From contig DASQAS010000056.1 of assembly GCA_035635635.1 (NCBI GenBank), positions 18,666 through 82,665 of the forward strand: DNA of 64,000 bases, read 5' to 3'. Positions 1 to 10,005 of this stretch are shown here, in pieces (within the stretch, counting starts at the first letter, position 1; every line of letters starts with the position of its first letter). The notes beneath the pieces are model-generated. The model was not told the origin of the DNA. It saw only the letters and a program-made list of their open reading frames with translations, and made no database searches. Both the position numbers and the translations under genes were made by a program. Origin of the DNA: Myxococcales bacterium. Its GTDB lineage: Bacteria > Myxococcota > Myxococcia > Myxococcales > 40CM-4-68-19.

Positions 1-251
1 CGGAGGCGATGGCGTGCGGGACTCCCTGCATCGCCAGCGACGATCCGGCGCTGGTGGAGGTCTCGGGTGGCGCCGCGCTGCACTTCCCGCGCGGCGACGC
101 GGGCGCGCTGCGCCTCCTGCTGCGGCGGGTCCTCTCCGATTCCGCGCTTCGCGACGAGCTCGCCCGCAAGGGGCTGGAGCGCGCCAGGGCGTTCCGCTGG
201 GATCGGTCCGCGGCGCTGCACGTGGAGGTCTACCGCGAGGCCGCCCGGTGA
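1..251 (+). CDS. Glycosyltransferase (GT-B fold, GT1/GT4-like), C-terminal fragment; the 5' end lies outside the window
   Basis: This is the frame of ORF 9..251. The peptide GTPCIASDDPALVEVSGGAALHFPRGD...FRWDRSAA resembles the C-terminal nucleotide-sugar-binding half of GT4 enzymes. The stop TGA at 249-251 overlaps the GTG start of the next gene (GTGA). Confidence 0.7.
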   Translation, partial: EAMACGTPCIASDDPALVEVSGGAALHFPRGDAGALRLLLRRVLSDSALRDELARKGLERARAFRWDRSAALHVEVYREAAR

Positions 252-1360
252 AGGTCGCGCTCGTCCACGACTGGCTGACCGGTCTGCGCGGCGGCGAGCG
301 CGTGCTCGAGCAGCTCTGCCTGCTCTACCCGGACGCGGACGTCTTCACCCTCGTGCACGTGCCGGGGTCCGTCGGCGCGATCATCGAGCGCCACCGGATC
401 TTCACCAGCTTCCTGGACCGGCTGCCGAAGCGCGCCTACCGCCACTACCTGCCGCTGTTTCCCGTCGCCATCGAGAGCTTCGACCTCTCCGGGTACGACC
501 TGGTGATCTCCACCAGCCACGCGGTGGCCAAGGGCTGCCGTCCCGCGCCCGGCGCCCTGCACGTCGCGTACATCCACACGCCCATGCGGTACGTCTGGGA
601 CCAGTTCGACTCCTACTTCGGTCCGGGCCGCGCGGGAACGCTGACGCGGCTCGCGGCCCACGCGGTGGCCCCGATGCTGCGCCTCTGGGACGTCCGCTCC
701 ACCCGCAGGGCGCACGCGCTGATCGCCAACAGCCGGTTCGTCGCGGATCGCATCCGGCGTTATTGGGGCCGGCAGGCCGACGCGGTGGTGTACCCGCCGG
801 TGGACACCTCCCGGTTCGTGCCCGCCGCGGAAGGTCCTGCGCCCGACGATTACGCGCTGGTGGTGTCGGCGCTCGCCCCCTACAAGCGGATCGAGCTGGC
901 CGTGAGCGCGTTCTCCCGCCTCAAGCGGCCGCTCTGGATCGTCGGGGACGGGCCCGAGCGCGGGCGCCTGCAGGCCGCCGCCGGGCCCTCCGTGCGCTTC
1001 CTCGGAAGCGTCGGGCACGACCAGCTCCCGCCCTTGTACGCTCGGGCCCGGTTCTTCGTGCTTCCCGGAGAGGAGGACTTCGGGATCGCCCCGGTGGAGG
1101 CGCAGGCCGCGGGGCGGCCGGTGCTGGCGCTGGGTCGCGGCGGCGCGCTGGAGAGCGTGGTGGACGGCGAGACCGGCGTCTTCTTCGACCAGCCTACCGT
1201 CGAGTCGCTCCTCGACGGCATCTCCCGCATCGATGGGCTGCAGGCCGACCCCATCCGGCTGCACGAGCACGCGCGGCGGTTCGACACCAACCGGTTCGCT
1301 CCCGAGCTGCAGCGGGCCATCGAGGGTTGCATGCAACGCGCGCACCGTTCATTCATCTGA
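248..1360 (+). CDS. Glycosyltransferase family 4-like (GT-B)
   Basis: GTG at 248 is in the frame of ORF 14..1360, whose upstream part is an Arg/Ala-rich artefact. The product starts VKVALVHDWLTGLRGGERVLEQL and carries the C-terminal motif FFVLPGEEDFGIAPVEAQAAGRPVLALGRGGALESV, an EX7E-type GT4 signature. Confidence 0.85.
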   Translation: MKVALVHDWLTGLRGGERVLEQLCLLYPDADVFTLVHVPGSVGAIIERHRIFTSFLDRLPKRAYRHYLPLFPVAIESFDLSGYDLVISTSHAVAKGCRPAPGALHVAYIHTPMRYVWDQFDSYFGPGRAGTLTRLAAHAVAPMLRLWDVRSTRRAHALIANSRFVADRIRRYWGRQADAVVYPPVDTSRFVPAAEGPAPDDYALVVSALAPYKRIELAVSAFSRLKRPLWIVGDGPERGRLQAAAGPSVRFLGSVGHDQLPPLYARARFFVLPGEEDFGIAPVEAQAAGRPVLALGRGGALESVVDGETGVFFDQPTVESLLDGISRIDGLQADPIRLHEHARRFDTNRFAPELQRAIEGCMQRAHRSFI

Positions 1361-2289
1361 TGGTCATGGTGCGGTTCCCTGTCCGCGACGAAGAGCTCCT
1401 CGACGCTTATTCCCACGCGGTGACCTCGGTGGTGGACGCGGTCGGCCCGGCGGTGGCCAGCGTTTCGCTGCCGCGGGGCGGCGGTTCGGGCGTGCTGTTC
1501 ACTCCCGACGGCTACCTGCTCACGAACGCCCACGTGGTCGGGCGGGCCCGGAGCGTCAAGATCGGCCTGCCGGACGGATCCACGCACGACGGAAACGTGG
1601 TCGGCGCGGATCCGGCCACCGACCTGGCGGTGGTGCACATCGACGGCGCGCACCTGCCGGCGGCGGAGCTGGGCAACAGCTCGAAGCTTCGGGTGGGCCA
1701 GCTGGTGGTCGCGATCGGCAACCCGCTCGGATTCTCGTTCACCGTCAGCGCGGGCGTGGTCAGCGCCCTGGGCCGGACGCTCCGCGCCCAGGACGGGCGC
1801 CTGATGGACGCGATCATCCAGAGCGACGTCGCGCTCAATCCGGGCAACAGCGGAGGGCCTCTGGTCGACAGCCATGCGCGCGTGGTGGGGATCAACACCG
1901 CGGTCATCCTGGGCGCGCAGGGGCTCAGCTTCTCGGTTCCGATCGATACGGCGCGCTGGGTGCTGGGCGAGCTGATGCAGCACGGCCGCGTCCGGCGCGG
2001 GGTGCTGGGCCTGTCGGCGCAGACGCGGCCCATCGATCGCCGCATCGCGCGCGCGCACGGGCTGTCGCAGAAGACGGGGATCGAGCTGATGGAGGTCGTT
2101 CCGGGGAAGCCGGCGGACCAGGCCGGCTTGAAGTCGGGCGACATCCTGCTCAGCCTGGACGGCACGACGGTCGAGAGCGTGGATGGCGTGCATCGGCTGC
2201 TCGGGGCCACTTCGATCGGACGCGCGATGGTGTGCAAGGTGCTGCGGGGCGCGGCGCTGATCGACGTGACGGTCACGCCCGCCGATTGA
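1360..2289 (+). CDS. HtrA/DegP-family S1C serine protease with a C-terminal PDZ domain
   Basis: ATG at 1360 overlaps the upstream TGA (ATGA). Triad contexts are present: LTNAHVV (His), TDLAVV (Asp) and GNSGGPLV (Ser). The PDZ-like tail reads GIELMEVVPGKPADQAGLKSGDILLSLDG. Only the last 309 codons of ORF 67..2289 are taken as real. Confidence 0.9.
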   Translation: MVMVRFPVRDEELLDAYSHAVTSVVDAVGPAVASVSLPRGGGSGVLFTPDGYLLTNAHVVGRARSVKIGLPDGSTHDGNVVGADPATDLAVVHIDGAHLPAAELGNSSKLRVGQLVVAIGNPLGFSFTVSAGVVSALGRTLRAQDGRLMDAIIQSDVALNPGNSGGPLVDSHARVVGINTAVILGAQGLSFSVPIDTARWVLGELMQHGRVRRGVLGLSAQTRPIDRRIARAHGLSQKTGIELMEVVPGKPADQAGLKSGDILLSLDGTTVESVDGVHRLLGATSIGRAMVCKVLRGAALIDVTVTPAD

Positions 2290-2361
2290 CGCGCGGGATC
2301 GGGGATCGGGACTCGCTCCCATGCGATCCCCTCGCCAAATTCGCGTTATACGTGCCTCCCG

Positions 2362-3762
2362 ATGTTCAAGCGGCACAACCAGCTCTTCACCGCGCTGCGC
2401 GTCCTGCTCGACATGCTGCTGGTCGGCGTCGCCTTCTGGGGCGCCTACGCGCTCCGGTTCGGCTCGCCGCGCACCTGGCCGTACCCGGAGCTACCGCAGC
2501 CCCGTGAGACGCTGATCGTCGCGTTGGCCGCCCTGATCCTCTGGCCCCTCTCCCTCCAGGCGGTCGGACTCTACCGGCCGCAGCGGCAGAAGACGCCGCT
2601 CGACGAGGTCTTCGGGGTCTTCAAGGCCACGCTCGCGGCCGGCCTGCTCCTGGTCGCCAGCGCGTACTTCGTCCGCGAGACGCGGTACTCGCGAGGCACG
2701 CTGGCGCTCTTCACGGTCCTGAGCTTCATCGGCATCTCCCTCGAGCGGGTGTTCTTCAAGGAGGTGCTCCAGGGGCTGCGGCGCCGCGGCTACAACCTCC
2801 GCTACGTCCTGGTGCTGGGCGCGGGGAGGCTGGCGCGGCAGGTGATGGAGCAGATCGATCTGCATCGCGAGCTCGGCTTCCGCCCCGTGGGGTGCCTGAG
2901 CCTCGCCCGCAAGCGCGTCGGCACCAGCGTCGGGGGAGTGGAGGTGATCGGCACGCTGCGCGAGCTCCGGCAGGTGCTGACGAGGGGCGGGGTGGACCAG
3001 GTGCTGGTCGCGCTGCCTTCCCGGTCGATGCACCACCTCCCGCGGATCATGGAGGTGTGCGGCGACACCACCGTGGACGTGAAGCTGGTGCCCGACGTGT
3101 ACCAGTACGCGACCCTCTTCGGCGGCCTGGAGGAGTTCGGCGGGCTGCCGATCGTGAATCTCCAGTCCACCGGCGTGCTCGGGATCAACGCGCTCGCCAA
3201 GCGCGCGTTCGACCTGGTCTTCTCCGCGCTGTTCCTGCTGCTCTTGTCGCCGCTCTTGCTGGCGATCGCCATCGCCGTGAAGCTGACCAGCCGCGGCCCG
3301 GTGCTCTACGGCCAGGAACGGGTCGGACTGGATGGGCGGCCCTTCCGGATGCTCAAGTTCCGCACCATGCGCGCCGATGCCGAGGCGGACGGCCCGCAGT
3401 TCGCGAAGGACCGCGACCCGCGCGTCACCGCCGTCGGATCGTGGCTGCGCCGCACTTCGCTCGACGAGCTGCCGCAGCTCTGGAACGTGCTTCTCGGCGA
3501 CATGAGCCTGGTCGGACCGCGCCCGGAGCGGCCGGTCTTCATCGATCAATTCCGCAGGCGCATCCCGCGCTACCAGCTCCGCCACATGGTGAAGAGCGGC
3601 ATGACCGGGTGGGCACAGATCCACGGGCTGCGCGGCAACACCAGCATCCAGAAACGGGTCGAGTACGACCTCTACTACATCGAGCACTGGTCGCTGCTGC
3701 TCGACCTCAAGATCCTCGCCCGCACCGTGGCCTTCGGCTTCCTCTCGAGGAACGCGTACTGA
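2362..3762 (+). CDS. Polyprenyl-phosphate hexose-1-phosphate transferase (bacterial sugar transferase, WcaJ/EpsZ-like initiating enzyme)
   Basis: The 466-aa product has N-terminal TM helices, a central Rossmann-like region ([14 protein letters not shown]) and the C-terminal sugar-transferase core: [21 protein letters not shown]...[25 protein letters not shown]...[22 protein letters not shown]. Confidence 0.9.
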   Translation: MFKRHNQLFTALRVLLDMLLVGVAFWGAYALRFGSPRTWPYPELPQPRETLIVALAALILWPLSLQAVGLYRPQRQKTPLDEVFGVFKATLAAGLLLVASAYFVRETRYSRGTLALFTVLSFIGISLERVFFKEVLQGLRRRGYNLRYVLVLGAGRLARQVMEQIDLHRELGFRPVGCLSLARKRVGTSVGGVEVIGTLRELRQVLTRGGVDQVLVALPSRSMHHLPRIMEVCGDTTVDVKLVPDVYQYATLFGGLEEFGGLPIVNLQSTGVLGINALAKRAFDLVFSALFLLLLSPLLLAIAIAVKLTSRGPVLYGQERVGLDGRPFRMLKFRTMRADAEADGPQFAKDRDPRVTAVGSWLRRTSLDELPQLWNVLLGDMSLVGPRPERPVFIDQFRRRIPRYQLRHMVKSGMTGWAQIHGLRGNTSIQKRVEYDLYYIEHWSLLLDLKILARTVAFGFLSRNAY

Positions 3763-4907
3763 TGCTGGGCATCCCCGAGCTGCTCGAGGCGGTGAAGGGC
3801 CTGCGGGTTGGCGCGATCCTCAACCCGACCAGCGTCACGCCGGAGCTGCGGCACCTCGCCGACGTGCTTCACGAGAAGAACGCGCTGGCGGCGCTGTTCG
3901 GGCCCGAGCACGGCGTGCGCGGAGACGCACAGTACCTGGAGGAGGTGGGCGACGCCGTGGATTCCCGGACCGGCGTGCCCGAGCATTCGCTCTACGGCAA
4001 GGACTTCGATTCACTGACGCCGCGCGACGAGCACCTGCGCGGCCTCGACGCGCTGGTCTTCGACGTGCAGGACGTCGGCAGCCGCTACTACACGTACCTC
4101 GCCACCATGGGCCTCGCGATGCAGGCCGCCGCGCGCCACAAGCTGCGCTTCGTGATCCTCGACCGGCCCAATCCGATCGGTGGGATGGCGGTCGAAGGCG
4201 GCGTGATCCAGAAGGGCTTCGAATCCTTCGTCGGCCTCTGGCCCGTCTGCGCGCGCCACGGCCTCACGGCCGGCGAATACGCGCGCTTCGTCAACCAGAC
4301 CATTCGCTGCGACCTCCGGGTCATCGCCATGCAGGGATGGAGCCGGGAGCTCTACTTCAACGAGACGGGCCTGCCGTGGGTGATCCCCTCGCCCAACATG
4401 CCCACGCCGGACACCGCGCTGGTCTATCCAGGGATATGCCTGCTCGAGGGGACCAACCTGTCCGAGGGCCGCGGGACCACGCGCCCGTTCGAGCAGTTCG
4501 GCGCTCCCTGGCTGGACGGGCAGCGCCTCGCGGACGATCTGACCGCGGAGCGGATGGCGGGGGTGCGCTTCCGGCCCTGCTCGTTCACCCCCACCTGGGA
4601 CAAGCACAAGGGGCAGCGCTGCCACGGAGTGCAGATCCACCTCGGCGAGCGGCGGTCGGTGGAGGCCGTCCGGCTCGGCGTCGCGGCCATCGTGCACGCC
4701 CGCGCCCAGGATCCGGCGAAGTTCCGCTGGCGCACCGAGAAGTACGAGTTCGTGGACGACAAGCCCGCGATCGACCTGCTCACCGGAGGCTCCGCCTTCC
4801 GCGGGCGGGTCGAGCAGGGCGCATCGGTCGCGGAGCTCTGCGGACTCTGGGACGCGGAGCGCGCGGCGTTCACCCGGGAGCGGGAGAGGTTCCTGCTCTA
4901 TGCCTGA
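3762..4907 (+). CDS. DUF1343 family protein (NamZ/YbbC-like exo-muramidase family)
   Basis: ATG at 3762 overlaps the upstream TGA. The product starts [25 protein letters not shown]...LFGPEHGVRGD and includes DALVFDVQDVGSRYYTY...FVILDRPNP, the pattern I recognise for DUF1343. The upstream part of ORF 2892..4907 is out of context. Confidence 0.8.
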   Translation: MLGIPELLEAVKGLRVGAILNPTSVTPELRHLADVLHEKNALAALFGPEHGVRGDAQYLEEVGDAVDSRTGVPEHSLYGKDFDSLTPRDEHLRGLDALVFDVQDVGSRYYTYLATMGLAMQAAARHKLRFVILDRPNPIGGMAVEGGVIQKGFESFVGLWPVCARHGLTAGEYARFVNQTIRCDLRVIAMQGWSRELYFNETGLPWVIPSPNMPTPDTALVYPGICLLEGTNLSEGRGTTRPFEQFGAPWLDGQRLADDLTAERMAGVRFRPCSFTPTWDKHKGQRCHGVQIHLGERRSVEAVRLGVAAIVHARAQDPAKFRWRTEKYEFVDDKPAIDLLTGGSAFRGRVEQGASVAELCGLWDAERAAFTRERERFLLYA

Positions 4908-5436
4908 GATCGCGCTCTTCGGCGGCAGCTTCGACCCCCCGCACGTCGGGCACCTGCTCGCCGCCTCCTACGTGCTCGCCACCGAGCCGGTGGATGAGCT
5001 CTGGTTCGTGCCGGTCCTGCAGCATCCGTTCGCGAAGCCCCTGGTCGGCTCCTACGACCACCGCGTGTCCCTCTGCGAGCAGCTCGCGCGGGAGCTGCGC
5101 GGGGCGAAGGTCTCGCGGGCGGAAGAGGAGTCCGGGCAGACGCGGACGGTGGATCTGCTGGAGTGGCTCCAGCGCAAGCATCCGGGCGTGCGCTGGGCGC
5201 TGGTGCTGGGGACCGATCTCGACGCGGAGAAGCCGCAGTGGAAGCAGTTCGATCGCATCCAGCAGCTCGCGCGCATCGTCACCGTCCGCCGCGGCGGGTA
5301 CGGCGAGGGCGGGGTGACCTTGCCCGAGGTCTCCTCCACCCAGGTGAGGGCGCTGTTGCAATCGGGCGGCGATGGCTCCCGCCTCGTCCCCCGCGCGGTG
5401 CTCGAAGCCATTCGCGACGCCGGAACCTACCGCTGA
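4900..5436 (+). CDS. nadD: Nicotinate-nucleotide adenylyltransferase
   Basis: The N-terminal motif GGSFDPPHVGH is the (H/T)xGH nucleotidyltransferase signature. A C-terminal SSTQVR motif (ISSTxxR-like) is present. The length of 178 aa is typical. Confidence 0.9.
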   Translation: MPEIALFGGSFDPPHVGHLLAASYVLATEPVDELWFVPVLQHPFAKPLVGSYDHRVSLCEQLARELRGAKVSRAEEESGQTRTVDLLEWLQRKHPGVRWALVLGTDLDAEKPQWKQFDRIQQLARIVTVRRGGYGEGGVTLPEVSSTQVRALLQSGGDGSRLVPRAVLEAIRDAGTYR

Positions 5437-5448
5437 TATCGTCGCGGC

Positions 5449-6231
5449 GTGCGCTTCCTCGCTCTCACGCTCTGCCTCGCCGCGCCGCTGCCCGCCCTCG
5501 CCCAGTCCGAAGAGCCCGCCGAGACGCCCATCTCGGTGCCGCCGCCCATCCCGGTGGGGTTTCTGGTGGCGTGGAAGCCGACCCTCCTCTCCGTTCGTGT
5601 GGACAGCGGAGCCGGGTCGGAGTTCGGGTCGGACAAGTGGTCGCTCTTGCGCGCCCTGGGGCGATGGACCAGCACGGCCTTCGACGATCGGCTGATGATT
5701 CGCGCCGAGATCGAGGGCGGGCAGTTCCAGAGCGACACCCCGATCGCGCTCGGCTCGAAGGGGGTGGACCTGACGGCGCGGCTTCTCGGCGGCGCGGCGA
5801 CCCGGATCTCGCCGGGTTTCGTGGTGTCGGCGAGCGCCGGGGTGATCACCCGTTACCAATGGGGAACCGAGCCCCAGTCCGGCGCAACGCGGTTCGGGCT
5901 CTTTGGCGCGAGCTCGAACCTCGAGCTCGAGTATCGCATTGCGCCACTGCTCTCGGTCTCGGGCTACTTGGAGTGGGCGCTGACCCCGTTTCCCTACAAC
6001 GCGCAGCCGAATCTGGGGAACCTCTCCGACGCGAGCGAGTTCCGCGCCCGCCTGCAGTTCTCGCTGGAGGTCACGTCCTCCACCGCGGTGGACCTGGGGT
6101 ACGACTTCACCCGCTGGCATGCTGCATTCACCAACTCCAGCGTCCTCGATCCCACCGGCCCGGCGGACAAGGCGCTGCTCCTGGAGGACCGCGAGCACGC
6201 GATCACGGTGGGAATCCGCTGGAAGCCTTGA
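5449..6231 (+). CDS. Exported protein, probable outer-membrane beta-barrel
   Basis: Start is GTG. The signal peptide is MRFLALTLCLAAPLPALAQSE. Downstream there are alternating hydrophobic strands and a C-terminal ITVGIRWKP. I recognise no specific family. Confidence 0.6.
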   Translation: MRFLALTLCLAAPLPALAQSEEPAETPISVPPPIPVGFLVAWKPTLLSVRVDSGAGSEFGSDKWSLLRALGRWTSTAFDDRLMIRAEIEGGQFQSDTPIALGSKGVDLTARLLGGAATRISPGFVVSASAGVITRYQWGTEPQSGATRFGLFGASSNLELEYRIAPLLSVSGYLEWALTPFPYNAQPNLGNLSDASEFRARLQFSLEVTSSTAVDLGYDFTRWHAAFTNSSVLDPTGPADKALLLEDREHAITVGIRWKP

Positions 6232-6264
6232 ATGGGACGGGCGCGGGAGTTACGGTGCGGCATC

Positions 6265-7254
6265 ATGGCCTTTCCCGCCGACCGGCCCCGCCGCCTGCGC
6301 AGGACCGAGACGCTTCGCGGCCTGGTCCGCGAGACCCGCCTGCGTCCCGGCGACTTCATGCTCCCGCTCTTCGCGGTCTCGGGGAAGGGCGTGCGCAAGC
6401 CGATCACCTCGATGCCCGGCGTGGCGCAGCTCTCGGTGGACAACGTGGTGGAAGAAGCGCGCGGCGCCTGGAACGCCGGCGTCCGCTCCGTGATCCTCTT
6501 CGGCATTCCGGACAAGAAGGACGCCGAGGGCACCAGCGCCTGGGATCCGAAGGGACCGGTCTGCACGGCCCTCAAGGCGCTCAAGGACGCGCTGCCGGAC
6601 ATGGTCTGCGTCGCGGACGTCTGCATGTGCGAGTACACCGACCACGGCCATTGCGGCCCGCTCGAGCGGGACGCCCGCGGGCACATCGCCGTGGCCAACG
6701 ACCGCACGTTGCCGCTTCTGGCCCGCGCCGCCGCCGCGTACGCCGAGGCCGGGGCGGACATCGTCGCCCCGAGCGACATGATGGATGGCCGGGTCGCCGC
6801 CATCCGCAAGGGCCTGGACGAGAAGGGCCTGCACGACATCGCGATCCTCAGCTACGCGGTCAAGTACGCCAGCGGCTTCTACGGCCCCTTCCGCGAGGCC
6901 GCCCAGAGCGCGCCGAAGGAAGGGGACCGGCGCGGGTACCAGATGGATCCAGCCAACCTGCGCGAGGCGCGGCGGGAGGCGCTCCTGGACGTGGCCGAGG
7001 GCGCGGACATGCTGATGGTCAAGCCGGCGCTCGCGTACCTCGACGTGCTCGCCGAGGTGAAGCGCGCGACCAACCTGCCGGTCGCCGCCTACAACGTGTC
7101 CGGCGAGTTCGCCATGCTCAAGGCGGCGGCGAAGGCCGGGTGGATCGACGAGAAGCGGGTCTGCCTGGAGATCCTCACGGGGATGAAGCGCGCGGGTGCC
7201 GACCTCATCCTCACGTACTCCGCAGTCGAAGCGGCCCGATGGCTTCAGGATTGA
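6265..7254 (+). CDS. hemB: Porphobilinogen synthase (delta-aminolevulinate dehydratase)
   Basis: The N-terminus [26 protein letters not shown]...FMLPLFAV matches the conserved HemB start. The metal-site region is [17 protein letters not shown], and the active-site Lys region is [11 protein letters not shown]. An alternative in-frame ATG exists at 6232. Confidence 0.93.
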   Translation: MAFPADRPRRLRRTETLRGLVRETRLRPGDFMLPLFAVSGKGVRKPITSMPGVAQLSVDNVVEEARGAWNAGVRSVILFGIPDKKDAEGTSAWDPKGPVCTALKALKDALPDMVCVADVCMCEYTDHGHCGPLERDARGHIAVANDRTLPLLARAAAAYAEAGADIVAPSDMMDGRVAAIRKGLDEKGLHDIAILSYAVKYASGFYGPFREAAQSAPKEGDRRGYQMDPANLREARREALLDVAEGADMLMVKPALAYLDVLAEVKRATNLPVAAYNVSGEFAMLKAAAKAGWIDEKRVCLEILTGMKRAGADLILTYSAVEAARWLQD

Positions 7255-7265
7255 GCGGGGGCTCG

Positions 7266-7841
7266 ATGGACAAGGCCGAGCCTTCCGGCCCGCGCCCTTC
7301 GTATCCGCCGGCCGACTTCCGCCGGCGCGCGATCGCCCGCACCATGGATCTGATCGTCGCGCTCGCGCCGCTCCTGCTGGTTCCCGCGGGCCACCCGGTG
7401 GCGGTGGCGCTGCTCTCCAGCTCGGTGCTGCTCTTCGGCGATTCGCTGTTCGGCGCGGGACGTTCGCTGGGAAAGCGGCTGGCCGGCCTCCGGGTGATGG
7501 TGCTGTCCACGCTGCGTCCCGCCGGCGTGCGCGAGTCGGTGCTGCGCAACGGGCTTTTCGTCCTGGGGCTGGCGCCGGCCTTCGCCGGCGCTCCCTCGCC
7601 CCTTCCCGCCGCCGCTCTGGCCTGCGTGATCGTCCTCGAGGCGGGCGTCGCGCTCCGGCCGCTGACCCGCGACCTGGGCCAGCGGCGCCTGGGCGACCTG
7701 ATCGCCGGCACGCAGGTGATCGACGGCAGGGTCGCCCTTGGCCTCTCCACCCGGCCAGTGACCAACCCCGCGCCCACCACCGCTCCACTCGCCTCCCGCG
7801 CTGCCCGCCAAGAGGAAGGCAACGAATGCGCATCGCCCTGA
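7266..7841 (+). CDS. RDD-family membrane protein
   Basis: ATG at 7266 is in the frame of ORF 5163..7841; an alternative ATG lies at 7239. The product has RRRAIARTMDLIV... three hydrophobic segments ...RRLGDLIAGTQVID, matching the spacing of the R-D-D signature residues. Confidence 0.65.
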   Translation: MDKAEPSGPRPSYPPADFRRRAIARTMDLIVALAPLLLVPAGHPVAVALLSSSVLLFGDSLFGAGRSLGKRLAGLRVMVLSTLRPAGVRESVLRNGLFVLGLAPAFAGAPSPLPAAALACVIVLEAGVALRPLTRDLGQRRLGDLIAGTQVIDGRVALGLSTRPVTNPAPTTAPLASRAARQEEGNECASP

Positions 7842-9961
7842 CGCACAATCTCCGCCTGAGCGATTCCGAAGACGAGGCAGAGTTCGACACCCGCGAGACC
7901 ATCGAGGCGCTCTCCTCCGCCCTGGAACGGCTCGGCCACCGCGTCGAGCGCATCGAGGTCAGCGGCCCCGCGAGCCGCACCGCCGCCCGGCTGGAGGCGT
8001 ACGCGCCCGACCTGGTGTTCAACACGGCCGAGGGGCGGCGCGGCCGCTTCCGCGAGGCGTTCTACCCGGCGCTCTTCGACGAGCTGGGCTTCCCTTATAC
8101 GGGGTCCGACGCGTGGGTGCTCGCGGTCACGCTGGACAAGACGCTCACCAAGCTGGTGCTGCGCGAGCACGGAGTGGTCTCGCCGAAGGGCCAGTTCATC
8201 GAGAACGCCTCCGAGCTGAAGGCGGACGGCTGGCGGTTCCCGGTGATCGTGAAGCCCAACTTCGAGGGCAGCTCGAAGGGCATCACCCAGGACTCGGTGG
8301 TGGAGGATCGGATCCGGCTGCGCGCCTTGGTCGAGAAGCAGCTCGCGCGGTTCCCCGCGGGAGTGCTGGTCGAGGAATACATCCCCGGCAAGGACCTCAC
8401 CGTGGCCTTCCTGGAGAAGTGCGCCCCCGAGCGCGAGGGCGTGCTGACGCCGGTCGAGTACGTGATCGACGACGCGGAGCTCGCCAAGCGCCGCTACTGC
8501 ATCTACGACTACGACCTCAAGTCGGTGCACTTCGACGCGGTGAACGTGCGCTGCCCGGCGGAGTTCCCGGCCTGGGTGCTGGAGCGCGCGCAGGAGATGG
8601 CCCGGCGCGCGTACAAGGCGCTCGGGGTGCGCGACCTGGGGCGCATCGACTTCCGGGTGGCCGACGACGGGCAGGTGTACTTCATCGAGATCAACGCGCT
8701 GCCGTCCCTGGAGCCCGGCGCGGGGATCTACGCGGCCGCGGCGCTGGAAGGGCTCCACACCGACGCGGCGCTGGGGAAGGTGGTGGAGAGCGCGGTCGCG
8801 CGCTGGGGGCTCAAGGATCCACGCCACTCCGGCAGCCGGCCGCCGCGGCGGGGACCGCTGCGGGTCGGGTTCACCTACAACGTGAAGCGGGTGAAGCCGG
8901 CGCTGGACGGCACCCGGGACGAGGAAGCCGAGTACGACGCTCCCGCCACGATCCAGGCGGTGCGCGAGGCGATCGCGGCGACAGGTCACGAGGTGATCGA
9001 CCTGGAGGCGACCGCGGATCTGCCCTCGCTGATCGAGACCACCAAGCCGGACCTGGTCTTCAACATGGCGGAGGGGATCAAGGGACGCACCCGCGAGTCG
9101 CAGGTCCCGTCGCTCTTGGAGCTGCTCGACATTCCCTACAGCGGCTCCGATCCCGCGGCGCTCAACATCGCGTTGGACAAGGCGCTGGCGAAGAAGATCG
9201 TCCGCCAGCACGGCATCCTCACCCCGAACTTCTTCACCATGACCACCGGCAAGGAGCGCCTGCCGAAGGACCTCCGGTTCCCGACCATCGTGAAGCCCGT
9301 CGCCGAGGGCAGCTCCAAGGGCGTGCACGCGACCAGCGTGGTGGAGAACGAGGCTGAGCTGCGCGAGGCCGCGCAGAAGATGATCGCCAAGTACGACCAG
9401 CCGGCGCTGGTCGAGGACTACATCGGCGGCCGCGAGTTCACGGTGGGGATGCTGGGGGAGCGCAGGCCCAAGGTGCTGCCGCCCATGGAGGTGGTCTTCC
9501 TGGACGAGAGCGAGACGCGGCCCGTGTACTCGTTCGAGTTCAAGCAGGACTGGTCGTCGAAGATCCGCTACGACGTGCCCGCCCGGCTGGAGCCCGCGCA
9601 GGTGAAGACCCTGGAGCGCGCGGCCCGGGAGTGCTTCATCGCGCTCGGCTGCCGGGACGTGGCCCGCGTCGACTTCCGCATGGACGAGCAGGGGAAGATC
9701 TATTTCCTCGAATGCAACCCGCTGCCTGGCCTCACGCCGGGCTGGAGCGACCTGGTGCTGATCGCGAAGGCGGCCGGCATCGAGTACAACGCGCTGATCG
9801 CGGAGATCCTCTCGGGGGCGATCCGCCGGTACAAGGAGCGGGAGCGCGCGCGGCGCAGCGAGACGCGGCCCGGGGAGCCGGCGAAGTCCGCCAACGGGAC
9901 TGCCGCCGTGTCGTTTCCGCCCCCACCGGCTCTGGAGGCCGTGGCAGAGTCCGGGAAGTGA
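7826..9961 (+). CDS. Fused tandem ATP-grasp protein with two D-alanine--D-alanine ligase-like modules
   Basis: The 711-aa product contains two homologous halves. Half 1: LDKTLTKLVLREHGV...VIVKPNFEGSSKGI...VEEYIPGKDLTV...GRIDFRV...YFIEINALPSL. Half 2: LDKALAKKIVRQHGI...TIVKPVAEGSSKGV...VEDYIGGREFTV...ARVDFRM...YFLECNPLPGL. Confidence 0.85.
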   Translation: MRIALTHNLRLSDSEDEAEFDTRETIEALSSALERLGHRVERIEVSGPASRTAARLEAYAPDLVFNTAEGRRGRFREAFYPALFDELGFPYTGSDAWVLAVTLDKTLTKLVLREHGVVSPKGQFIENASELKADGWRFPVIVKPNFEGSSKGITQDSVVEDRIRLRALVEKQLARFPAGVLVEEYIPGKDLTVAFLEKCAPEREGVLTPVEYVIDDAELAKRRYCIYDYDLKSVHFDAVNVRCPAEFPAWVLERAQEMARRAYKALGVRDLGRIDFRVADDGQVYFIEINALPSLEPGAGIYAAAALEGLHTDAALGKVVESAVARWGLKDPRHSGSRPPRRGPLRVGFTYNVKRVKPALDGTRDEEAEYDAPATIQAVREAIAATGHEVIDLEATADLPSLIETTKPDLVFNMAEGIKGRTRESQVPSLLELLDIPYSGSDPAALNIALDKALAKKIVRQHGILTPNFFTMTTGKERLPKDLRFPTIVKPVAEGSSKGVHATSVVENEAELREAAQKMIAKYDQPALVEDYIGGREFTVGMLGERRPKVLPPMEVVFLDESETRPVYSFEFKQDWSSKIRYDVPARLEPAQVKTLERAARECFIALGCRDVARVDFRMDEQGKIYFLECNPLPGLTPGWSDLVLIAKAAGIEYNALIAEILSGAIRRYKERERARRSETRPGEPAKSANGTAAVSFPPPPALEAVAESGK

Positions 9962-10005
9962 TCGACTGGATGGCGTTCCGACGGAAGTCGGGATAGAGCA
10001 CGGGC

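Noticed and set aside
14-9961. 5' extensions of ORF-track entries 14..1360, 67..2289, 2892..4907, 5163..7841 and 7196..9961.
   Set aside because: In each case the recognisable protein begins at an internal ATG or GTG that overlaps or closely follows the previous gene's stop. The upstream extension overlaps a better-supported gene in another frame.
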